Assembly: GCF_035285525.1 (NCBI RefSeq)
Contig: NZ_JAYKGW010000107.1
Span: 1-13,233 of the forward strand
Length of the DNA stretch: 13,233 nucleotides
Origin: Okeania sp.
GTDB taxonomy: Bacteria > Cyanobacteriota > Cyanobacteriia > Cyanobacteriales > Microcoleaceae
Direction: 5' to 3'
Positions within the stretch are counted from its first letter, which is position 1. Each line of letters begins with the position of its first letter. Positions 1 to 5,801 of the stretch are shown one piece after another. The notes below the pieces were generated by a model. It did no database searches and was not told where the DNA came from. It was given only the letters and a program-made list of their open reading frames with translations. The position numbers were made by a program, and so were the translations under genes.

Positions 1-1
1 C

Positions 2-170
2 ATACCGATAAATTTGGGTGTGTGTGGGGCGGGTTTATTTAATTTAATATTTATACCGATAAATTTGGGTGTGTGTGGGGGCGGGTTTATTTAATTTAAT
101 ATTTATACCGATAAATTTGGGTGTGTGTGGGGGCGGGTTTATTTAATTTAATGTTCATACCGATGAATTT
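2..170. repeat. Tandem direct repeat with a 51-52 bp unit: three full copies plus a truncated fourth. It may continue beyond the left window edge.
   Basis: Unit ATACCGATAAATTTGGGTGTGTGTGGGG(G)CGGGTTTATTTAATTTAATATTT starts at 2, 53 and 105. A fourth copy starts at 157 and diverges after ATACCGATGAATTT. Copies differ only by one G in the G-run and two substitutions at the end of copy 3. There are no unique spacers. Confidence 0.9.
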
Positions 171-187
171 CTTGTGAAACCCGCCCC
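130..187. repeat. GC-stem hairpin element (GGGGCGGGTTT, 36 nt, AAACCCGCCCC) closing the tandem array
   Basis: GGGGCGGGTTT at 130..140 is the perfect reverse complement of AAACCCGCCCC at 177..187. The same 11-bp arms recur three times at 5244..5489. Confidence 0.8.
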
Positions 188-225
188 TACATACATTGGG
201 GGTGTAGGGTTGGTAGAAAAATTGA

Positions 226-260
226 GCTGACTGCTGATAGCTGAATGTTGAATGCTTAAA
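226..260. repeat. Degenerate tandem heptamers (STRR-like) immediately downstream of the sbcC stop
   Basis: GCTGACT GCTGATA GCTGAAT GTTGAAT GCTTAAA read in register from 226. A related GCTAATA GCTGATA GCCGAAT run lies at 3830..3850. Confidence 0.6.
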
Positions 261-262
261 GA

Positions 263-3200
263 TCAGACCGACAACATAATCTGAGAACCTTGACCAGTTT
301 TAGTAACTTCAATTCTAGCTTGAAAAGCTTCTTTAAAATGAGGAATATGAGTCACTGTTAATATACAAGAAAAATCAGCAGCAATGGCATTAATAGCAGC
401 AATTAATCTGTCACATCCCTCCGCATCTTGAGTACCAAAACCTTCATCAATAATCAACATTTGTAAGGCAGTACCAGAACGTTGCGCCAACAATTTCGAT
501 AAAGCCAAACGAATGGCAAAATTAACTCGAAAAGCTTCCCCTCCTGAATAAGTTTCATAAGGTCTGGTTCCTTTAGTATCTGCTATTAAAATATCTAATG
601 TATCTATCCATTTAGCATTTTTCTTACTTCCTTTTGTGGCTTTTTGGGTAACAAATTGAATGTGCAATTGATTAGCACTTAACCTCGCTAAAATCTGATT
701 AGTTTCTGCCTCTAACTGGGGCAAAATATTCTCAATCATTAATGCCTGAATCCCCTTTTTCCCAAAAGCTAAACCTAATTCCTGATAAACTCGATATTGC
801 CGTTTCGTAGTTTGTAATTCTGCCAATTGTTGATGATTCTGAGCTTGCAAATTTTCTAAATGTTGTAACTGTTGTTTCACTCTACCTAAACTTCCTAATT
901 TTTCGTCTAATTCCTGACGACACTCTTGAATTTTTTTATCTAAATAAGCAATTTTTTTATCCAGATTAGGAGCTGGTTCTAGCTGTTGATTTAAAACAGA
1001 TATCTGACCCTTAATTCCGGCTAAATCTTGCTGTCGATTTTCGATAACTTTATTCAATTCATTGATTCTGTCTAATAACTGAGGATATTGTTTTTGAGCT
1101 TGACGTAATTTTTCAACTCTAGTTAACCAAAATTGTGCTTTTCTCAACTCCGACCTAATATTATTATGTTCATCTAAATTATATCCAATCTCTGCCATTT
1201 CTCTCTCAATAACCAAAATTTGTTGCTGTACTTCAGAACCTTGTTTTTGTCGCTCCAAATCTTTTTCTAAACTAACAATTTGTGACTCAATTTCTGGCAT
1301 CTGACCCCGAACTTTTCCTAACTTTGTTTCTGCATCCTTAATTTGCCCATACTTAATTTCTGCCCACCTTAATTTTTTCTCCTCCTCCCTCGCTAAACTA
1401 TGACTCCGGTCATCATAATTAAACTGTTGAAGTTGCTGTTCTAAAGTGCTAATTTCAGCATATAAATTAATGGCAAAATCACCCGTATGTAGCGATCGCT
1501 CAACTTCCTCTACTTCCTTTACTAACTCTTGCAATAAACTTTCATCCTTTTGAATATTATCTAACTGTACCTGTAAACCACCCCGACGCTCCCGTAACTC
1601 ATCATATTCACTCAACTCGTCATCTATTTGTCGATATTCTGTTCTTAAAACGTGAATCTCTCGCTCAGAAATAGTCAGTTGTTCCCGCGCTACCCACAAC
1701 AAATCTCTAATTTCTCTTTGCTGACTTTGATGTTTATCCACCACCAAATGCCAATGATGTTCGTCCAAAGGACGATCGCACAACGGACAAGGTGGATATT
1801 CTTTGACTGTTATTTTGCCATTACCATTACCTTGATTTAATAATTGTAACTTTTGGTCTAACTCTTTCAGTCTGGTTTCATAATCTTTTTTATTGCGGAT
1901 TAAACGTTCTAAAAATTGATGTCTTTCCTGACCTTTTTCCCGCACCCGTTGTTGATAAACTCGCTTATTCTCCAGTTGAGAAATTTCTGTAACTACTTTC
2001 TCTAAAGTTGCTTTCAGTTGGGGTTGTTTTTGCTGTTGAGTTCGCCGTAGTTGACGGACTCTAGAATTAAGTTCTTCTAAACGTGCGCTCAAACGTGCTT
2101 GACCTTTTTCGAGTTCAGTTTGTAATTTTTGCCGTTGTTGTATCAGGGGAGCAACTTCTATTTGTAACTTATCTAGTTTATTTAATTTTGCTCTTGCTGC
2201 TTGTAGTTGCGCCAAAGCATTTTCAATATCAGCACCCTTGCTCAAAATATGCAAATTATCTTGTTCCTGGTCTTTCAGAGAGTTTAACTGTCCTCGATAT
2301 TGCTGAATATGGTTTTGGAGTTTCTGTAGTTGTTGCCGTTGTAACTCCTGAAGTTGTTGACGTTGATTGAGAGCATTTTGGTGTCTTTTAAATTTGGCAG
2401 ATAAATTTTCTTCCGTAGTTTGCAGATTTTGGAAATGAGCATATCCACTCTTAATTTCATTTTCCTGCTGCAATACTGCCAATAGTTCATCTTGCTGCTG
2501 TTGCGTAGTTGCGAGTTCCTGTTTGAGGCGATAACATTCTTGCACCAACTTGTCGTATTGTTGTTGTTGACTCCGCAATAATTTTTCCCAAGTTTGGCGC
2601 TCATGTTGTTGAGTTTGAAGTTGTTGAAGTTGTTCTCTATCAGTTTCTTGTTGTTGCTGTAGTTGAGTCAGAATAGTTTGGAGGTGACTTTGTTTTTGAG
2701 CGATCGCTTCCTTTTCTTGGAGTTGTTTTTGGTTCGTTACCAGACTTTGTTCGAGTATTTCCACTTTTGCTTTAAACTGTCGAGCAATATCTTTAGCTTT
2801 TTCTCCCAAAGCATCATATTGGTCAAGTTTCAACAGAGAAGCAAGAATTTCTTTCCGTTCATTGGGGCGCTTCAGCATAAACTCATCTGCCCTACCTTGA
2901 CGCAAATATGCAGAATTTACAAATGTTTCATAGTCAAGTTTCAGATGCTCAATAATATTTTGTTGAGTTGCTCTGACACCTTTTTGGGTCAGACTTTTAA
3001 ACCTGGAACCCGTATTAATTTGAAATTCTAGAGTCGGAGACTGACCCCGACGACGACCACGAATGACGCGATAGATGTTACCGTGAGTAGAGAACGTAAA
3101 ATCTACCCGTACCTCTTTTTCTCCCAAACTAATAATATCGTCTTCAGTTGCCGCGCGACTATTTCCCCAGATTGCCCAGGCGATCGCTTCTAATAGGGAA

Positions 3201-3313
3201 GATTTTCCAGCACCGTTGGATCCGCAAATACAAGCAGTGTGCAGACCTGTAAAATCCAAAGATGCTTCGTGATAGCTAAGAAAATTTTGGAGTTGCAGTT
3301 TTTGAGGAATCAT
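263..3313 (-). CDS. sbcC: SbcC/Rad50-family SMC-like double-strand-break repair ATPase with zinc hook
   Basis: 1016-aa ORF with ATG at 3313..3311. It has N-terminal Walker A GSNGAGKSS (about 3198..3224) and a long Gln/Leu/Glu-rich coiled coil. The central CxxC hook is PPCPLCDRPL (Cys-Pro-Leu-Cys codons at 1778..1789). The C-terminus carries ABC signature YSGGEAFRV, Walker B MLIIDEGFG and H-loop VTHIP. Three HIP1 sites lie inside (1492, 2700, 3180). Confidence 0.9.
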   Translation of the reverse strand: MIPQKLQLQNFLSYHEASLDFTGLHTACICGSNGAGKSSLLEAIAWAIWGNSRAATEDDIISLGEKEVRVDFTFSTHGNIYRVIRGRRRGQSPTLEFQINTGSRFKSLTQKGVRATQQNIIEHLKLDYETFVNSAYLRQGRADEFMLKRPNERKEILASLLKLDQYDALGEKAKDIARQFKAKVEILEQSLVTNQKQLQEKEAIAQKQSHLQTILTQLQQQQETDREQLQQLQTQQHERQTWEKLLRSQQQQYDKLVQECYRLKQELATTQQQQDELLAVLQQENEIKSGYAHFQNLQTTEENLSAKFKRHQNALNQRQQLQELQRQQLQKLQNHIQQYRGQLNSLKDQEQDNLHILSKGADIENALAQLQAARAKLNKLDKLQIEVAPLIQQRQKLQTELEKGQARLSARLEELNSRVRQLRRTQQQKQPQLKATLEKVVTEISQLENKRVYQQRVREKGQERHQFLERLIRNKKDYETRLKELDQKLQLLNQGNGNGKITVKEYPPCPLCDRPLDEHHWHLVVDKHQSQQREIRDLLWVAREQLTISEREIHVLRTEYRQIDDELSEYDELRERRGGLQVQLDNIQKDESLLQELVKEVEEVERSLHTGDFAINLYAEISTLEQQLQQFNYDDRSHSLAREEEKKLRWAEIKYGQIKDAETKLGKVRGQMPEIESQIVSLEKDLERQKQGSEVQQQILVIEREMAEIGYNLDEHNNIRSELRKAQFWLTRVEKLRQAQKQYPQLLDRINELNKVIENRQQDLAGIKGQISVLNQQLEPAPNLDKKIAYLDKKIQECRQELDEKLGSLGRVKQQLQHLENLQAQNHQQLAELQTTKRQYRVYQELGLAFGKKGIQALMIENILPQLEAETNQILARLSANQLHIQFVTQKATKGSKKNAKWIDTLDILIADTKGTRPYETYSGGEAFRVNFAIRLALSKLLAQRSGTALQMLIIDEGFGTQDAEGCDRLIAAINAIAADFSCILTVTHIPHFKEAFQARIEVTKTGQGSQIMLSV

Positions 3314-3328
3314 TTTGCTATAGAAAAC

Positions 3329-3365
3329 AGGGAATAGGGAACACTTAACTCTTAACTGGGAATAG
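3329..3365. repeat. Short repeat cluster in the sbcC leader: GGGAATA GGGAACA, then CTTAACT x2, then GGGAATAG
   Basis: Tandem heptamers seen directly. With one CTTAACT copy removed, the core GGAACACTTAACTGGGAATAG equals 7149..7169. Confidence 0.55.
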
Positions 3366-3633
3366 CGGTCGTTAGCAGAGTTTCCCCCAGGGTGGGATGG
3401 ATGGGTTCCTTAACCATATCCAATCGACCAAGACAGGGAACAGTAGAATCTCAAAAATTTCCGTTGCTTCAACTGTTATACCATCTTTTCTAGGTTGTCT
3501 GAAAAACAACTACTATTATTGATGGTGTTATTTTTTGAAGCATTCAGAACTCAGCTTAAGAGCAATAAAAATTAATAGGAAGCACTCTTTTAACTTCTAC
3601 TTTTCATCTATATATCTGACCTTGTAAAACTAT

Positions 3634-3785
3634 TAGGACTTACGCACGAACGCTATTGGTAGGGTGCGTTTTGCGTTCCGCAAAGCTCCGCTTTATATGT
3701 CGGCTCAAGCGCCGAAACGCTAAGCGACATGTCAAGGGCACAACGCACCAATACTCTATAATATAGTGCCTTTGCGTAAGTCCTG
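3634..3785. mobile_element. MITE, class A, 152 bp, no coding capacity
   Basis: Terminal inverted repeats are TAGGACTTACGCA (3634..3646) and TGCGTAAGTCCTG (3773..3785). A perfect 5-bp target duplication ACTAT lies at 3629..3633 and 3786..3790. The interior is full of nested inverted repeats (GGTGCGTT / AACGCACC). Confidence 0.85.
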
Positions 3786-3829
3786 ACTATGTATATTTAT
3801 GTCCATAAATTTATAGATTTGCTTCAAAA

Positions 3830-3850
3830 GCTAATAGCTGATAGCCGAAT
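3830..3850. repeat. Three tandem heptamers GCTAATA GCTGATA GCCGAAT
   Basis: Read directly; same heptamer family as 226..260. Confidence 0.5.
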
Positions 3851-3925
3851 ACTTACTATGATTTTTCACATCTTACATTAACACAAAAAATTAATTTTGG
3901 TATTAAAGTTCTATTTAGTAAAGGT

Positions 3926-3968
3926 AAGGAAGAAGGAAAAAGAAAGAAGAAAGAAGGAGAAAAAGAGG
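3926..3968 (+). repeat. 43-nt uninterrupted homopurine (A/G only) tract
   Basis: AAGGAAGAAGGAAAAAGAAAGAAGAAAGAAGGAGAAAAAGAGG contains no pyrimidine on the + strand. It includes GAAAGAA x2. Confidence 0.9.
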
Positions 3969-4166
3969 CTTTAGTTCTCTAGGAGAGAAACTTTAAGATC
4001 AGGAGAAACCTTACTTATATGGGGGTATTTGCAAACCTTCCATATCAGCAGGTGCTATAATACCGTTGGGTGTAGTTATTTGAATACGAAGATGTTGTAT
4101 ATGGGGTTTCATCAGTTGTTTGATGGGAATATAAATTAAGTTGGATAGATGTCATTTTAATTATTA

Positions 4167-4267
4167 TAGGACTTACACGGGAGGAACCCGGTTTCTGGGA
4201 TAAACCGGGTTTCTGGGTTCAGTTCAAACCACGAAAGTTGATCAACCCAGTTTCTGCGTAAGTCCTG
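4167..4267. mobile_element. MITE, class B, 101 bp
   Basis: Ends are TAGGACTTACACG (4167..4179) and TGCGTAAGTCCTG (4255..4267). A perfect 5-bp duplication TATTA lies at 4162..4166 and 4268..4272. The interior has AACCCGGTTTCT / AAACCGGGTTTCT / AACCCAGTTTCT repeats. The first ~37 nt match the reverse complement of the right end of 7727..7830. Confidence 0.85.
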
Positions 4268-4314
4268 TATTAGTTATCAGCTTTTAGTTATTCAAAATAT
4301 GCTGTATAATATAA

Positions 4315-4405
4315 CAGAATTTATGCAAAGGCACTATATATAGAGTTTTGGTGCGTTAGCGTCAGGGTAACGAACCCTACAGATAGCGTCCATGCGTAAG
4401 TCATA
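4315..4405. mobile_element. Degenerate short class-A MITE
   Basis: Ends are CAGAATTTATGCA (3 mismatches to CAGGACTTACGCA) and TGCGTAAGTCATA. The interior GGCACTATATATAGAGTTTTGGTGCGTTA (4330..4358) is identical to 5159..5187 and homologous to the reverse complement of 3742..3770. No clear target duplication. Confidence 0.6.
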
Positions 4406-4499
4406 AAAGAATTTATGCACTGAAGCAATAAATTAGGTTTATTATCTTATTGTTTTTCTCTTTTACCAAATTTATTGGACAAACTCGCTCTAACTAAAT

Positions 4500-4602
4500 C
4501 AGGACTTACGCACTCGCAACCAAGAAACCGGGTTTATTGCGGTTATCTTGTTGCTCAGACGAGGAAATTTCCTTGATCAATCCGGTTTCTGGGTAAGTCC
4601 TA
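4500..4602. mobile_element. MITE, class B, 103 bp, ending 24 nt upstream of the VOC start codon
   Basis: Ends are CAGGACTTACGCA (4500..4512) and TGGGTAAGTCCTA (4590..4602). The interior has AGAAACCGGGTTT and CCGGTTTCT motifs as in the other class-B copies. Flanks are TAAAT (4495..4499) and TAAAA (4603..4607), matching 4 of 5. Confidence 0.8.
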
Positions 4603-4626
4603 TAAAAATTAATCTGGAAAATATTT

Positions 4627-4995
4627 ATGCAAATAACTCAATATCTCCATACTGCTCTCTTAGTTTCAGACCTAGAAAAGGCCGAACATTTTTACGGTCA
4701 AATTCTTGGTTTGGTACAAACAGATCGCTCTCTTAATTTTCCTGGCACCTGGTATCAAGTTGGTAACTTTCAAATACATTTGATAGTGTCTTCAGAAATA
4801 ATTCCTGATGTTGTTAACTCAGAAAAATTAGGCAGAAACAGACATTTAGCATTTTCTGTCGCTGACTTAGATGCTACTAAAGCACAACTGCTAGCAAATA
4901 ATTGCCCAATTCAAATGAGTGCTTCCGGTCGCGCTGCATTATTTACCCAAGACCCCGATGGTAATATTATAGAATTACAAGAGATTAATAATTAA
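4627..4995 (+). CDS. VOC-family (glyoxalase / bleomycin-resistance / extradiol dioxygenase fold) protein, 122 aa
   Basis: Single-domain ORF with typical VOC motifs: LHTALLVSDLEKAEHFY at the N-terminus, RHLAFSV, and DPDGNIIELQE at the C-terminus. Candidate metal ligands are H8, H73 and E116. Substrate is unknown. Confidence 0.8.
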   Translation: MQITQYLHTALLVSDLEKAEHFYGQILGLVQTDRSLNFPGTWYQVGNFQIHLIVSSEIIPDVVNSEKLGRNRHLAFSVADLDATKAQLLANNCPIQMSASGRAALFTQDPDGNIIELQEINN

Positions 4996-4996
4996 T

Positions 4997-5130
4997 CAGG
5001 ACTTACGCATAATCGACGAGTTTTGGTGATTTGAGATTGCTATTCTTACGGACTGCGACCCATTCATGTCGCGGAGCAAAACGCTATCGCTCGTATCGGA
5101 CAGAAATGCATTGCGCGTGCTTAAGTCCTG
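4997..5130. mobile_element. MITE, class C, 134 bp, inserted 1 nt after the VOC stop codon
   Basis: Ends are CAGGACTTACGCA (4997..5009) and TGCTTAAGTCCTG (5118..5130). A perfect 5-bp duplication TTAAT lies at 4992..4996 and 5131..5135. The left copy contains the TAA stop at 4993..4995. The interior is unrelated to classes A and B. Confidence 0.85.
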
Positions 5131-5277
5131 TTAATAATTCAGCACTTACCCAGAGAGAGGCACTATATATAGAGTTTTGGTGCGTTACGAACTGCGCTAA
5201 CGCACCCTACTAGACCGTTTCATCTAAAATGGTGTATGGGGTAGGGGCGGGTTTATGCGGTAATTTTGATACTACTC

Positions 5278-5447
5278 TAAGATTTATACAAACCCGCCCC
5301 TAAGACGGTGGCTTATATCACTGGGGGCGGGTTTATCTAACGAGCTATAGAAAACTCGTTGTTAAGATTTATACAAACCCGCCCCTAAGACGGTGGCTTA
5401 TATCACTGGGGGCGGGTTTATCTAACGAGCTATAGAAAACTCGCTGT
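5278..5447. repeat. 85-bp tandem duplication (2 copies, 1 mismatch)
   Basis: 5278..5362 and 5363..5447 are identical except T/C at 5359 versus 5444. Each copy carries one right arm and one left arm of the GC hairpins. Confidence 0.9.
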
Positions 5448-5474
5448 AGGGACGCCCTTATGCAACGTCCCTAC
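5446..5474. repeat. 29-nt stem-loop small dispersed repeat GTAGGGACG-CCCTTATGCAA-CGTCCCTAC
   Basis: 9-bp perfect stem with an 11-nt loop. It sits inside the loop of the third GC hairpin. Confidence 0.8.
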
Positions 5475-5535
5475 GGTGAAACCCGCCCCTACGGCGTCTT
5501 ACTAATGCACTATTTTAGGCGAAACAATCCACTAC

Positions 5536-5728
5536 TGAATTGTTTCATCTTAAATGGTGCATTAGGGAGTAGGGGAGTGGGGAAGTGTGGGAGTGGGGGA
5601 GAAAGATTATTGTCCTTGTTTCGTCCCTCAACCCAACCTACAGCTATTGCTGCGCTCCTTGTACGGACGTTGCATAAGGGCGTCCCTACGGTGTGTTACT
5701 AATGCACTTTTTTAGCTGAAACAGTCTA
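5536..5728. mobile_element. Inner element D2, a second unit of the same family
   Basis: Starts TGAATTGTTTCATCTTAAATGGTGCATTAG and ends CTAATGCACTTTTTTAGCTGAAACAGTCTA. CTAC lies on both sides (5532..5535 and 5729..5732). The interior has G-rich degenerate heptamers (AGTAGGG GAGTGGG ...) and a 29-nt stem-loop repeat. Confidence 0.65.
5661..5689. repeat. Same 29-nt stem-loop repeat in the opposite orientation
   Basis: GTACGGACG-TTGCATAAGGG-CGTCCCTAC is the reverse complement of 5446..5474 with one mismatch. Only the loop reveals the flip. Confidence 0.8.
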
Positions 5729-5763
5729 CTACCAATAGCGTTCATGGATAAGTCTTGTATTAA

Positions 5764-5787
5764 TTATTCATTATTCATTATTCATTA
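5764..5787. repeat. Perfect tandem heptamer TTATTCA x3 plus a partial copy, ending 14 nt upstream of the recombinase-homologue start
   Basis: TTATTCA at 5764..5770, 5771..5777 and 5778..5784, followed by TTA. Confidence 0.85.
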
Positions 5788-5801
5788 ATTTCCTACTGCT
5801 T

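Larger units (their letters stand above)
5244..5489. repeat. Cluster of three GC-stem hairpin units (GGGGCGGGTTT ... AAACCCGCCCC)
   Basis: Arm pairs lie at 5244..5254/5290..5300, 5324..5334/5375..5385 and 5409..5419/5479..5489. The arms are identical to those at 130..140/177..187. Confidence 0.85.
5211..5531. mobile_element. Inner element D1 (second MITE-like family) nested in the class-A MITE
   Basis: Starts TAGACCGTTTCATCTAAAATGGTG and ends GCACTATTTTAGGCGAAACAATCCA, forming imperfect inverted ends. CTAC lies on both sides (5207..5210 and 5532..5535). It carries the GC-hairpin cluster at 5244..5489. Confidence 0.65.
5140..5757. mobile_element. Class-A MITE in inverted orientation, expanded to 618 bp by nested insertions
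   Basis: Degenerate ends are CAGCACTTACCCA (5140..5152) and TGGATAAGTCTTG (5745..5757). The left arm 5159..5210 and right arm 5729..5743 (CTACCAATAGCGTTC) are colinear with the reverse complement of 3634..3785. They are separated by 518 bp of foreign repeats where the intact copy reads CACCCTAC-CAATAGCG. Confidence 0.75.

Noticed and set aside
2-187. Possible CRISPR array (regularly spaced repeats with a GC-rich core)
   Set aside because: The whole 51-52 bp unit repeats, including what would be the spacer. There are no unique spacers and no cas genes, so it is a plain tandem duplication.
185-209. CCCTACA ... TGTAGGG hairpin as the sbcC terminator
   Set aside because: The stem is only 7 bp with an 11-nt loop and no U-tract on the sbcC strand. 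It overlaps the GC hairpin arm, so it is more likely part of the repeat family.
1652-3031. Four track ORFs inside sbcC (1652..1840 +, 2083..2370 +, 2284..2604 -, 2663..3031 +)
   Set aside because: These are shadow frames of the CAA/CAG/GAA-rich coiled-coil coding region. Their products are low-complexity Leu/Phe/Val-rich or Asn/Ser/Lys-rich, and they lie fully within a strongly supported gene.
263-3313. SMC-like ATPase of a defence system (Lamassu, Wadjet or similar)
   Set aside because: It has the canonical SbcC/Rad50 layout, including the CxxC zinc hook, and HIP1 density like a core gene. No partner defence genes lie on either side within the window.
4011-4112. 33-aa minus-strand ORF (MKPHIQHLRIQITTPNGIIAPADMEGLQIPPYK)
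   Set aside because: It has no ribosome-binding site, is very short, and shows only a vague resemblance to anything I know. I cannot distinguish it from chance in a 1.3-kb non-coding region.
4548-4736. 62-aa track ORF overlapping the VOC gene start
   Set aside because: It begins inside the class-B MITE and overlaps the well-supported VOC ORF out of frame.
5031-5213. 60-aa track ORF
   Set aside because: It runs entirely through MITE sequence (4997..5130) and the degenerate arm of the next MITE. It has no start context and repeat-derived composition.
5244-5489. Possible CRISPR-like array of GGGGCGGGTTT repeats
   Set aside because: The repeats alternate in orientation as hairpin arms. The intervening segments are themselves duplicated (85-bp tandem copy), and the arms are only 11 bp.
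5460-5702. 80-aa track ORF
   Set aside because: It spans hairpin repeats, the D1/D2 junction, G-rich heptamers and a stem-loop repeat. It is an artefact of nested repeats.
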